Shown piece by piece: positions 54,849 through 64,000 of a stretch of DNA of 64,000 nt (positions within the stretch are counted from its first letter, which is position 1; every line of letters begins with the position of its first letter). The notes beneath the pieces are model-generated. The model did not search any database. It was not told the origin of the DNA and saw only the letters and a program-made list of their open reading frames with translations. Origin of the DNA: an uncultured Prochlorococcus sp. (GTDB taxonomy: Bacteria > Cyanobacteriota > Cyanobacteriia > PCC-6307 > Cyanobiaceae); the NCBI GenBank assembly GCA_902606505.1, contig CACLGU010000003.1, forward strand, positions 2,292-66,291, read 5' to 3'. The position numbers and the translations under genes are program-made.

Positions 54849-56213
54849 TTATTTTGAATCTGAAATCGGGAAAAATACTGTTAAACCTGCGTCACGCCTT
54901 TGTGTAACATGCCCTCCTAAACTAGCTAACAACTTTTGAGTAGCATTTTGACTAAGTTGTAAACTACCTGTTTGAGGATTCCAATTTAAAACAGGACCAA
55001 TATCAGAACCGTTATCTTTTTTTAGAATTTCTTTTTGATTACTTTCTAATTTTTGTACTTTTAATTGAAGTTTAAGTTTTTGACCAGCTGGTCTTAATTC
55101 TAAAATCAATGTACTGCCTTCTTTTAATCCTCTAGTATTTTTATCAATTAATCCACTTAACATTAATTCCAATTTTTCAGAATCGCTCAAAATTTGAGGA
55201 AGTTGATTAGGAATATCAATCTTTAAAGAAATCCCACGTCTATTTAATTGTTTGTTCCATGAAGGAGAAAGCTTTTTAAAAATTTCGGCTAAATTAATTT
55301 TTGCCAGGGTATTTAATGACGGAACTTCATTACTTACTAATTCTGCTGCATTGAAGATTAAACCAAACCTATCAATTTGTTCATTACATTCATTATCTAT
55401 TTGAATTAAACGATTTTTCATTGATTCGTCCATCTTATATTTTTTTAAAGTAGAACTTATGAGGGTTCTTATTGTTGCCAAAGGCGTTCTTACTTCATGA
55501 GATATGGCACGTAATAATTTTGCTTCAGTTGTTTGAACATTTTTTTCATCATCATTTACAAAATTCTGTATATGATGATTTAGCCCAATGTTTGCCAATT
55601 TTGCCGATAATATTGGCCAAAATAATTTTTCAAATTGATTATTGATATTAAGGTTCCCTAAATTATTGATTGCATTACGAAATTTTACTCCTTCCTCATA
55701 ATTTTCTTGATTTAATTTTTCATGCATTAATTCAATTGAAAGTTTTAGGCTTTCTTCATCACACTTCATTAATAAAGTTTTCTTATCCTTTTCTCCCACA
55801 ATTGATAATATGCATTGAAAATTTGGGGTGATTATCATCAAAAAAGGTTCATAACCATCCTCTTGAGATAGACTTAACACTTTATAATTACTAACTAAAT
55901 CGAAATCTTTTTTTATCTTATCTGAATTATTGACTGGTAAAAAACCTGCATTCTCATTTTGAAAGTATCGAAAACCCTCAGGAGACCAAAGCCATCCATG
56001 AAGTTGATTTAAAAATTTTTTTTCATTAAAAGCTGGTAAAGGCGAAGCAACCCAAATCCCCCCATGTTTATAATTCTGAGATAGAAAATCTTTTTGAATA
56101 ACTTCTAAGGAAGCCCACCACATTCTTCTAGATGTATCATCCTCTACATATATAGTTTGGACTCCTTTAATCAAAAGGTCTTGAATTTTTTTTATAGTTA
56201 TTTGTGATTTCAT
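54849..56213 (-). CDS. Sensor histidine kinase (Hik2/CSK-like)
   Basis: H-box SHEVRTPL; degenerate HATPase ending GLTVFFP. Confidence 0.8.
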   Translation of the reverse strand: MKSQITIKKIQDLLIKGVQTIYVEDDTSRRMWWASLEVIQKDFLSQNYKHGGIWVASPLPAFNEKKFLNQLHGWLWSPEGFRYFQNENAGFLPVNNSDKIKKDFDLVSNYKVLSLSQEDGYEPFLMIITPNFQCILSIVGEKDKKTLLMKCDEESLKLSIELMHEKLNQENYEEGVKFRNAINNLGNLNINNQFEKLFWPILSAKLANIGLNHHIQNFVNDDEKNVQTTEAKLLRAISHEVRTPLATIRTLISSTLKKYKMDESMKNRLIQIDNECNEQIDRFGLIFNAAELVSNEVPSLNTLAKINLAEIFKKLSPSWNKQLNRRGISLKIDIPNQLPQILSDSEKLELMLSGLIDKNTRGLKEGSTLILELRPAGQKLKLQLKVQKLESNQKEILKKDNGSDIGPVLNWNPQTGSLQLSQNATQKLLASLGGHVTQRRDAGLTVFFPISDSK

Positions 56214-57484
56214 TAACTTCTTAGTAATCTAGAACGTTTCAATATAGATAAAACAAATCCAATAGATATAAAATTAGTCACCAATGAGGTTCGACCATAG
56301 CTCATAAAAGGAAGGGGAATTCCAGTAACTGGTCCTAATCCAATAGTCATGAATAAGTTAATGATTATTTGAAATAAAAAAGTTGAGGCTATTCCAATCA
56401 CAATTAGAGATTCAAATTTAGTCCTAGCAATTGTTGCAGTATTAATAAGTTTTTTAATCAAAAAAAAGAACAAAAATAAAACTGTTATGCACCCAACAAA
56501 ACCCAATTCTTCGCCTAAAGCACTAAATATAAAATCAGTATGTTGTTCTGGTATAAATTGCAAATTTGTCAGCTTACCTTGTAGTAAACCAGTCCCAAAT
56601 AATCCTCCAGAACCAATTGCAATTTTACTCTGTATCAAATGATATCCACCACCAAGTGGATCTCTATTTGGATCTAAAAATAAAACTAATCTATCTTTTT
56701 GATATTCTTTTAAGCCATATTGCCACAAAATTGGTGTCAATTTTGCCACTAAAAGATGGAACAAAATAGCTAGAGAAGAAAAAATAATTTTCTTTTTCGA
56801 AGATCTATAAGCAAGATATCCTATAACTGGGATCCAGAAAATAAGAAGAGTTGGTAAGGTTAAATATAAAATAGAAGTGATAATACAAAACACTAATATC
56901 AAAATCCACTCTATGGGCATTTGCGACCAATAGAACATCACACCTGTCAATACAATTAAAACTAAAGAGGTTCCCAAGTCAGGTTGAAAGAAAATTAATA
57001 ACCAGGGAACAACCATTACTAATATTGGCAATACTAAATCTCTTATTGTTAAAATTATTTTTTTGTCGAGTACTAAAGCAAGAGTTAATACAGTACTCAG
57101 TTTAGCTACTTCTGAAGGCTGAAAAGAAAAAATACCCAAGTTAAGCCATCTTTGAGCTCCAGAAACTGAGATTCCAAAAAAGAAAATTAGAAATAAGGAT
57201 ATTAAAGTAGAAAAATAGAATGGAATTAAATACTTTCTAACTCTTTCTAAAGGTATATAAGAAATAAAAAATGCCAATAAATAACCTATAAAACCAGTAA
57301 AAATATGACTTAAATAATTTGATACTAAAAAATTACCCTGAATACTTTTTATTAGTAAACCTGAAATAATAACTAAAAATAGGGGAATTAAAAGTAGTGG
57401 AGATAATAAAAGTCCTCTACTAAAGTTATCTTTTTTTTGTAGAAATCCTCTCTTGTTTAATAAAAAAATTTTCCTAAACATCAA
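56213..57484 (-). CDS. rodA: Rod shape-determining protein RodA (SEDS)
   Basis: GAQRW, FQPSE.AK, QPDLGT, PEQHTDFIF, LPFMSYG. Confidence 0.93.
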   Translation of the reverse strand: MMFRKIFLLNKRGFLQKKDNFSRGLLLSPLLLIPLFLVIISGLLIKSIQGNFLVSNYLSHIFTGFIGYLLAFFISYIPLERVRKYLIPFYFSTLISLFLIFFFGISVSGAQRWLNLGIFSFQPSEVAKLSTVLTLALVLDKKIILTIRDLVLPILVMVVPWLLIFFQPDLGTSLVLIVLTGVMFYWSQMPIEWILILVFCIITSILYLTLPTLLIFWIPVIGYLAYRSSKKKIIFSSLAILFHLLVAKLTPILWQYGLKEYQKDRLVLFLDPNRDPLGGGYHLIQSKIAIGSGGLFGTGLLQGKLTNLQFIPEQHTDFIFSALGEELGFVGCITVLFLFFFLIKKLINTATIARTKFESLIVIGIASTFLFQIIINLFMTIGLGPVTGIPLPFMSYGRTSLVTNFISIGFVLSILKRSRLLRS

Positions 57485-58555
57485 TTATTTAAAAACAAAT
57501 TGATTTTTAATTACTTGAGCTAAATTACCGAATTCAATAGAACTTACTTTATTTGGCTGGCTTATTGAAATTGGTATGCCTTTATTGCTTTCATCAACAA
57601 GAGGAATTTCAATAGGAATTTGTGCTAACAATGGTAAATCATTCTCTTTAGCTAATGTTTGTCCACCTCCTTTACCAAAAATTTCATATTTTTTATTTGG
57701 CATATCTGGAGGAATAAATACTGACATATTTTCTACAATTCCCAATAAAGGTACTCCTAGTTGTCTAAACATTGCTAATCCCCTCCTTGCATCTTGCAAA
57801 GATACTTGTTGAGGAGTAGTGACCACAATAGCTCCAGAAATAGGCACAGATTGAGATAGAGATATTTGAGCATCCCCTGTTCCTGGGGGCAAGTCAATAA
57901 CCAAAAAATCAAGATTATTCCATTCAACTTGGTACAAGAATTGTCGGATAATACTATTAAGCATTGGCCCTCTCCATATCACTGGCTGACCTTCTTCAAT
58001 AAGAAAACCCATTGATACTAATGAAATTCCATATTTATTTATGGGTATTAACCTTTGATCATTACCACTACCTTCTGTAACCTTTGGATTCTGTTCGGCA
58101 ACCCCCATCATTGACGGAGTATTAGGTCCATATATATCCGCATCCAGCAACCCAGTTTTTAAGCCTAATTTAGCTAGAGAACAAGCTAGATTAACTGCAA
58201 TGGTACTTTTTCCAACTCCACCTTTACCACTGCTAACAGCTACTATATGCCGAATTCCATCAACCTTCTGTAACTCAGGAGCATTACTTTGAGTATTAGT
58301 TTCTGTTTTGGAAGGATTATTATCTATCTCTATTTGCACATCATCAATATCTTCAAAATCCAGTATTACTTTTCTAACTTCTTGTACGATTCTATCTCTC
58401 TGAGAATTTGCAAATGTTGGTAATGATAATGTTACGATTACTCTCGGTATAGTTACTCTTACATTTTTAATCCAAGCTAATTCAATTACATTTTTCTGTG
58501 ATCCGGCATCTAGAACTTTTTGTAAAGCAAAATTCGCATCTTCTATTGTGGTCAT
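57485..58555 (-). CDS. mrp: Mrp/ApbC Fe-S carrier ATPase
   Basis: SGKGGVGKST, DADIYGP, WRGP, DLPPGTGD. Confidence 0.95.
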   Translation of the reverse strand: MTTIEDANFALQKVLDAGSQKNVIELAWIKNVRVTIPRVIVTLSLPTFANSQRDRIVQEVRKVILDFEDIDDVQIEIDNNPSKTETNTQSNAPELQKVDGIRHIVAVSSGKGGVGKSTIAVNLACSLAKLGLKTGLLDADIYGPNTPSMMGVAEQNPKVTEGSGNDQRLIPINKYGISLVSMGFLIEEGQPVIWRGPMLNSIIRQFLYQVEWNNLDFLVIDLPPGTGDAQISLSQSVPISGAIVVTTPQQVSLQDARRGLAMFRQLGVPLLGIVENMSVFIPPDMPNKKYEIFGKGGGQTLAKENDLPLLAQIPIEIPLVDESNKGIPISISQPNKVSSIEFGNLAQVIKNQFVFK

Positions 58556-58712
58556 TAAATTTTTAAATATTTTGACAGGGTAGTCGACTGTTTAAAAGAT
58601 TAAGAACTATGTCGAACTATCAAATAATAGGCAATAAGGACCCCCTAAGAGAAATTATAAAGGGAAACTTATAATTAACCAAAAATTTTTTTCTTCAAGA
58701 TTTACTAAATAC

Positions 58713-59741
58713 ATGTTCAGAGAACCTCCTAAAAACTCAAGAGAAAAAACTAAAAATCTCTTATTAACTCTACAAGACAAAATTTGTTCAGGGCTTGAAA
58801 ATATAGATGGCAAGGGGAAATTTATAGAAGAATCTTGGCTAAGAGACGAAGGTGGTGGTGGAAGATCAAGAGTATTGAAAAATGGTTCTATTTTTGAGCA
58901 AGCAGGAGTAAATTTCTCTGAAGTAAGGGGAAAAGAATTACCTCAATCTATAATCTCTCAAAGGCCCGAAGCAAAAGGGCATGAATGGTTTGCGACGGGA
59001 ACTTCTATGGTCTTGCATCCTAAGAATCCCTATATTCCTACAGTTCATTTGAATTATCGATATTTCGAAGCTGGTCCTGTGTGGTGGTTTGGAGGAGGTG
59101 CAGACTTAACCCCTTTTTATCCTTATCTTTCTGATGTGAGAAATTTTCATAATGAGCATAAAAAAGCTTGTGAGAAAGTTGATAAAGATTTGCATAAAGT
59201 TTTCAAACCATGGTGTGATGAATATTTCTTCTTGAAGCATAGAAATGAATCTAGAGGCATAGGAGGTATTTTTTATGATTATCAAGATGGCTCAGGTAAT
59301 ATTTATAGAGGAAATAATCAAAATGGAGAGGCATCAAAAGCCTCACAAAATATCGGCAAATCTAATTTGAATTGGGAAAATTTATTTTCTTTAGCGGAAA
59401 ACTGTGGGCAGGCTTTCCTACCTTCATATTTGCCCATTATTGAAAATAGAGCTTCTCAATTATATTCATCGAAAGAAAGAGAATTCCAGCTATATAGAAG
59501 AGGTAGATATGTCGAATTCAATTTAGTTTGGGATAGAGGGACGATTTTTGGATTGCAAACAAAAGGCAGAACTGAATCTATATTAATGTCCTTACCACCT
59601 TTAGCTAGATGGGAATATGGATATAAAGCTAAAAAGGGTTCTCGAGAGGAATTTCTCACATTAATTTTTACAAAACCTCAAGATTGGTTCAATGATAAAG
59701 AGTTAGAGAAATTCTGTATAGATAATAATATCTTTGATTAA
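58713..59741 (+). CDS. hemF: Oxygen-dependent coproporphyrinogen III oxidase
   Basis: [29 protein letters not shown]. Confidence 0.97.
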   Translation: MFREPPKNSREKTKNLLLTLQDKICSGLENIDGKGKFIEESWLRDEGGGGRSRVLKNGSIFEQAGVNFSEVRGKELPQSIISQRPEAKGHEWFATGTSMVLHPKNPYIPTVHLNYRYFEAGPVWWFGGGADLTPFYPYLSDVRNFHNEHKKACEKVDKDLHKVFKPWCDEYFFLKHRNESRGIGGIFYDYQDGSGNIYRGNNQNGEASKASQNIGKSNLNWENLFSLAENCGQAFLPSYLPIIENRASQLYSSKEREFQLYRRGRYVEFNLVWDRGTIFGLQTKGRTESILMSLPPLARWEYGYKAKKGSREEFLTLIFTKPQDWFNDKELEKFCIDNNIFD

Positions 59742-59769
59742 AAATTATCAAATAACTTTTAAAAGTATT

Positions 59770-60327
59770 TTAAATAGGTGTTTTAAATAGAGAACCGTCA
59801 CTTTTTAATTGAAGTTTTTTCCCAAGTTCATTTTCTAAAGAGATTAATTCATCCCTGTGGGCTCTTAATCTCATTAAAGTTGAATCATTTTCATTTTCGT
59901 TTATCAATCTTAATTCAAATTTCTCCTCTCTTGCAGATTTCTTAAAATAAACAATGCCGGACAAAGGACCACCAACTAATCCTAAAAGAATAGGCCACCA
60001 ACCTAATTCAGGATATATTTGGATAATTACTAATCCCAGAGCACAAGAACCAAAACCACCAAGAAAACCTAAAAAAATTGCTAAAAATTTACTAGAAACA
60101 ACTTGCCCCTTAAATATTAAAATTCTTTGTTCAAAATCTCCTCCCGTTTGCTTCCATCCCCGCAAATTAAGCCATTGACATAAATCATTTAAAACCTTGA
60201 CTGGCTTTTGAGAAGATGAAATCTCAACAATGGTTGTTCTATCTTTACTAGAAGCCCTAAGAAAAAAAAATAATCCTATGGCCAAAAGAATTGTCAGTAA
60301 TAATGTTGAATTTAAGGAATAGGACAT
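59770..60327 (-). CDS. Cofactor assembly of complex C subunit B (CCB1/DUF3529)
   Basis: GLFFFLRASSKDRT, AHRDEL. Confidence 0.85.
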   Translation of the reverse strand: MSYSLNSTLLLTILLAIGLFFFLRASSKDRTTIVEISSSQKPVKVLNDLCQWLNLRGWKQTGGDFEQRILIFKGQVVSSKFLAIFLGFLGGFGSCALGLVIIQIYPELGWWPILLGLVGGPLSGIVYFKKSAREEKFELRLINENENDSTLMRLRAHRDELISLENELGKKLQLKSDGSLFKTPI

Positions 60328-60486
60328 TAAATAAATTTTTTCTAGAATTTCTAAAATAAAATTACATCATATTATAAATTTTTAGATTTATTCTGTAAAA
60401 TAACCTTATTAGATAAATTTTCTTAATTAAATAAAAATCTTAAGTAATGTTCTAAGTTCTTAAATTACTTTTAATAATTATTAAAA

Positions 60487-61122
60487 ATGACTATTGAAAA
60501 TAAAAATATTGATTTTCTTTATAGCGATTTAACAGCGGATTTATACAGTTTATATAAGAACACATCCTACCTAGCTATTGACACTGAAGCAATGGGCTTA
60601 ATTCATGGAAGAGATAGACTTTGTTTAGTACAAATATGCAATGAATTTGGTAGAACATCCTGTATAAAAATCGAACTTAATACATCTTCTTCACCTCATT
60701 TAAAAGCACTTCTTGAAGATGACAAAATTACTAAAATATTTCACTATGCGAGATTTGATGTAGCAGCTCTAAAATGCAATCTTGAAATTAATACAAAAAA
60801 TATTTTTTGTACAAAAATTGCTAGTAAGTTGGCAAGAACTTATACAAATAAACACGGTTTAAAAGATTTAATAAATGAATTATTAGGAGTAGAACTGGAC
60901 AAAAGCTCACAAAGTAGTGATTGGGGTAGTAACGAAGACTTAACAAAAGATCAATTAGATTATGCAGCAAACGATGTTAGATATTTAATTGAAGCTATGC
61001 ATAAATTAAAAGTTATCTTAGAAAGAGAAAATAGATATGAATTAGCTCAAAAATGTTTCGATACAGTCTCTGTACATGCCGATTTAGACATACTAAAATT
61101 CTCAAATATTTTTGAACATTAA
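60487..61122 (+). CDS. rnd: RNase D-family (DEDDy) 3'-5' exonuclease
   Basis: AIDTE, RDRLCLVQ, FHYARFD, QSSDW, YAANDV. Confidence 0.9.
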   Translation: MTIENKNIDFLYSDLTADLYSLYKNTSYLAIDTEAMGLIHGRDRLCLVQICNEFGRTSCIKIELNTSSSPHLKALLEDDKITKIFHYARFDVAALKCNLEINTKNIFCTKIASKLARTYTNKHGLKDLINELLGVELDKSSQSSDWGSNEDLTKDQLDYAANDVRYLIEAMHKLKVILERENRYELAQKCFDTVSVHADLDILKFSNIFEH

Positions 61123-61125
61123 GAA

Positions 61126-61392
61126 TCAATCTTCAGTTAAAAAATTATCTTCACCATCAAGAGTTTCCATAAGCTTATCAAGTATTCTTGAAGAACTTAA
61201 TTTATCTGGATCATTTTTTTCACAAATTTTTAAGACATTTTGGGCAACTTGTATTTTTTCTTGAATAGTTTTCGAGCCTTCTTTTGCAATTTGGATTTCT
61301 ACTTTCTTCTTAGCAGAAGATAAGCTTATACTCATAAGTTTTGCAATCTCTGCGCAAATTTTTAAGTATTGCCGATCATTTATTGGATACAT
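61126..61392 (-). CDS. Conserved hypothetical protein
   Basis: 88-aa ATG ORF just downstream of the 61421 gene; ends ..NFLTED. Confidence 0.7.
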   Translation of the reverse strand: MYPINDRQYLKICAEIAKLMSISLSSAKKKVEIQIAKEGSKTIQEKIQVAQNVLKICEKNDPDKLSSSRILDKLMETLDGEDNFLTED

Positions 61393-61420
61393 AAAAGAAT
61401 TAATACGCTATTGCCATTTA

Positions 61421-62650
61421 CTAAGATAACAAATGAAGGTTTATGGCATCTACGATTTTTTTACTTGCTCCGTATTTCCCCATTCTTTTTTTTCCAATTT
61501 TTGCTTGTTTTAACCTGTCAACTTTTCCTTTTAAAAGTAAACTTAAACGTTTTAAAAGAATTTTTTTATTCTTGCAAACTAAAACACTACCTCCCAATAA
61601 TCTTGACTGCCTTTTTGCAAATGATTTTGTAAATTGTGGTCCTGTTCCCGGTAGAGAAAGAGATGGGATTCCAAGGCCAGCAATTTGCTCTGTAGCAGTT
61701 CCTGCGTTTGACAAGCCAACTTCTGCCATTTTGGCCCATGAATTGAATTTACCTTTTCCAATCACTACATATTGATCTTTCTTTTTCCATACTGAATCTT
61801 CATCAATTAGAAATTTAACTTTACTCTGTTTTATAAAACCATATTTATTTAAATAACTTTGAATTTGAATCACATTCGCATTAATGCTCAAAGGCAAAAG
61901 TATCACCAAATCCTTTGATAAATCAAAATCTTGCAAACAATTAAGAAATTTTTCAAGATTTTTAAGAGCTTCGGGGTATCTACTTCCAATTAATAAAATA
62001 ATTCTTCTAAAAGAAGTAATATTTGATATCCTCTCGTTTGTTGCATTAACAAAATCCATCATTGGATTACCCAAGTATTTTGCATCAATATTTTTTCTAT
62101 TTAAGTTATTAGCTGTAATTTTATCTCGCATAATTAAATTTTTACATCTTGGAGATTTCATTAAAAACATTTCCCATGGATCCCATTCAGAACCTTTCAA
62201 CTTATGATAAAAATCGCTTAAATCCCAACCTGGCCCACTACTCCAAGTATGATCACTTTTGGGAGTTCCAATGAAACTAAATTCGCATTCTGAACTCCAA
62301 GCATAAAGTAATGGCAAGAAATCCCCTACTGCGATAATTTTGCACTTTTGTTTTGACCTCTGTTTTACAAGTAGAAAATTTCTTAAATTATCAATTAAAA
62401 ATCCTGCAAACAAATCAAGCATAAATCCCTTTAGGCTTTGATTACTAAAACCTCCACTAGGCAGCTCTTTTAAATATCCTATTTTACGAAAATTCTTTGA
62501 TTTTATGGAATTAAAGACATCTCCATTACCTACTAACGGTAAAACTTCAATATTTTTATTTTTTATTTTTGTTAGTAATCTTTTTATTATTTCCGATGCA
62601 ATTACATCTTCTCCATGACCATTGCATATAAATAATATAGAATTACACAC
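61421..62650 (-). CDS. Lipid-A-disaccharide-synthase-related GT-B protein (TIGR03492-like)
   Basis: CNGHGED, LPLVG, PSGGF, GTPKSD, GNPMMD, AGTATEQ, GPQF. GTG at 62650 chosen because the longer ORF crosses tRNA-Cys. Confidence 0.85.
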   Translation of the reverse strand: MCNSILFICNGHGEDVIASEIIKRLLTKIKNKNIEVLPLVGNGDVFNSIKSKNFRKIGYLKELPSGGFSNQSLKGFMLDLFAGFLIDNLRNFLLVKQRSKQKCKIIAVGDFLPLLYAWSSECEFSFIGTPKSDHTWSSGPGWDLSDFYHKLKGSEWDPWEMFLMKSPRCKNLIMRDKITANNLNRKNIDAKYLGNPMMDFVNATNERISNITSFRRIILLIGSRYPEALKNLEKFLNCLQDFDLSKDLVILLPLSINANVIQIQSYLNKYGFIKQSKVKFLIDEDSVWKKKDQYVVIGKGKFNSWAKMAEVGLSNAGTATEQIAGLGIPSLSLPGTGPQFTKSFAKRQSRLLGGSVLVCKNKKILLKRLSLLLKGKVDRLKQAKIGKKRMGKYGASKKIVDAINLHLLS

Positions 62651-62692
62651 CTTACTGTTAAGATCATAAAAAGACTTATTCGAATCTTTTTC

Positions 62693-62763
62693 GGCGGCAT
62701 GGCCAAGTGGTAAGGCAGAGGATTGCAAATCCTTTATCCCCAGTTCGAATCTGGGTGCCGCCT
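62693..62763 (+). tRNA. tRNA-Cys(GCA)
   Basis: GGCGGCATGGCCAAGTGGTAAGGCA GAGGA TT GCA AA TCCTT..AGTTCGAATCT GGGTGCCGCCT. Confidence 0.97.
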
Positions 62764-62849
62764 TCTTTAATTTTGAAACCAACTTTACTGTAATCCTCTC
62801 CAGCACAGTAAGTTTAGAGAATCGATTATACATCAATAAGCAAATTTCT

Positions 62850-62884
62850 GTGGACAGCAAGTGGACAGCAAGTGGACAGCAAGT
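62850..62884. repeat. Perfect 11-bp tandem repeat x3 (GTGGACAGCAA)
   Basis: Copies at 62850, 62861 and 62872, plus a trailing GT. Confidence 0.93.
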
Positions 62885-62969
62885 TTATTAGATTTTGAAT
62901 ACATTAATACTATTATCCTATTTCTCTCTAATAAATCACAATAATCAGATTTAAAACATACTTTTTTAA

Positions 62970-64000
62970 CTAATCACTAAAACCTTCAATTAATTCTTTG
63001 GTTGAATAAATCCCAACAAATGGAGCAGTAACCTCTTTCAATACTTCATTAGTTTTTCCTAAAATACTATTTTTTACTGATATCAAATCATCTTCTTTTA
63101 GGTAGGGATTCCTTTTGGATCCTCTTTTTGCGCTTGCTGAATATGAAATATTTTTCTTTATTACTGTTCCATCTTTTTCGTACCTTATTAAAACAATCTT
63201 TCCAGAGAGAGGTTTTATTGGTCCTGAAAGATCAATAGCATCAGATAGAGTGGCTTCAAGGGGAAGTTTTACAAAGCCGGGAGTTTCGACTCTACCAAAA
63301 AGATTTACTGAGATAAATCTTGGAGAAATACCTGCTAAAACAGACTTTGGAATTTGATTTGGATCAGCCTTACTTAACTTAGGGAAAAACAAACTATCTC
63401 CATCAAATATACGTATATCGTTAGTAGGGTCTGATTCATTTAAATATGAATTGAAATTTATAAAAGCTCTCTTTTTACCTCCACCTTTTCCTAGAGGTAC
63501 ATCTCTTATAATTTCAATTTTGGATAAATCAGTTTTAGAAGTTATTCCGCCAGCTTTTCTAATAACATCAGAAATAGCAGTTATATTTTTACCCGATCTT
63601 TTGACGATTAGATTTGCTGAAGATTGATTATTTAATTTTGAACTTTGACCTATTTCTAATTGCTCATTATTGAATTCCACTAGTGAATCAGAATTAGAAC
63701 TATTTTTTTTATCTAAAGTTATAGATGAAACTGATTTATAGGCAGGAAATTTAAAAAAACCAGGATTTCTTAACTCACCTCTTGCTAATACTCTAATACT
63801 TTTAAATAATGCGATCCTTACTTTTATATCTGGATCAATTAAAAATTCGGAATATCTTTTTTCTAATAATCTTTTTAATTCAGAAGTAGTAAGTCCTCTT
63901 ACAAAAGTTTCGTATATTTCTGGTAACAATAGTTCACCTTCTTCATTAACTCGATAATTACCATTAAACAATTCAAATTGAAAATCTATTGATAGAACAT
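62970..64000 (-). CDS. Wza/KpsD-like polysaccharide export protein, copy 2 (5' end beyond window)
   Basis: Colinear paralog of 15026-16273. Frame stays open to nt 64000 (..VLSIDFQFELFNG), so TTG 63971 is not the true start. Confidence 0.88.
   Translation of the reverse strand, partial: VLSIDFQFELFNGNYRVNEEGELLLPEIYETFVRGLTTSELKRLLEKRYSEFLIDPDIKVRIALFKSIRVLARGELRNPGFFKFPAYKSVSSITLDKKNSSNSDSLVEFNNEQLEIGQSSKLNNQSSANLIVKRSGKNITAISDVIRKAGGITSKTDLSKIEIIRDVPLGKGGGKKRAFINFNSYLNESDPTNDIRIFDGDSLFFPKLSKADPNQIPKSVLAGISPRFISVNLFGRVETPGFVKLPLEATLSDAIDLSGPIKPLSGKIVLIRYEKDGTVIKKNISYSASAKRGSKRNPYLKEDDLISVKNSILGKTNEVLKEVTAPFVGIYSTKELIEGFSD

Noticed and set aside
62651-62860. 70-aa N-terminal extension of the 479-aa ORF
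   Set aside because: It runs antisense through tRNA-Cys and into the repeats; family motifs start after GTG 62650.
62850-62884. CRISPR interpretation of the short repeats here and at 14231-14304 and 16342-16387
   Set aside because: Units are 8-12 bp with no spacers, and no cas genes are present.

Overview
An AT-rich cyanobacterial chromosome segment, most consistent with high-light Prochlorococcus (PsaA/PsaB/PsaL/PsaD sequences, Cys-free L31 and L36, compact spacing). It is mostly core genome: glsF 3' end, lipA, psaL-psaI, psaB-psaA, cobJ, prfA, the rplC-to-rpmE ribosomal/secY/adk/rpoA cluster, ndhN, ldpA, recA, tyrA, crtD, moeB, cobO, speD, recF, ppc, gshA, trpE, psaD, a Hik2-like kinase, rodA, mrp, hemF and four tRNAs (Ser-GCT, Gln-TTG, Arg-CCG, Cys-GCA). 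The non-core signal sits at two tRNAs. (1) A 2.3-kb mini-island at tRNA-Ser is bounded by a 14-bp att duplication and has arm-type 12-bp repeats inside both ends. It has no integrase and holds gene fragments plus one intact orphan Wza/SLBB-like gene. (2) tRNA-Cys is followed by a different 11-bp triple repeat and a paralogous Wza/SLBB gene in the same geometry, running off the window. I infer these may be integrase-less, tRNA-docked cassettes carrying variable cell-surface export proteins. Also notable: the alanine racemase gene appears reduced to a ~47-codon remnant, recF lacks a canonical start codon (likely ATT), and a T10G12 tract precedes rpoA. All calls were made by eye, without database searches.
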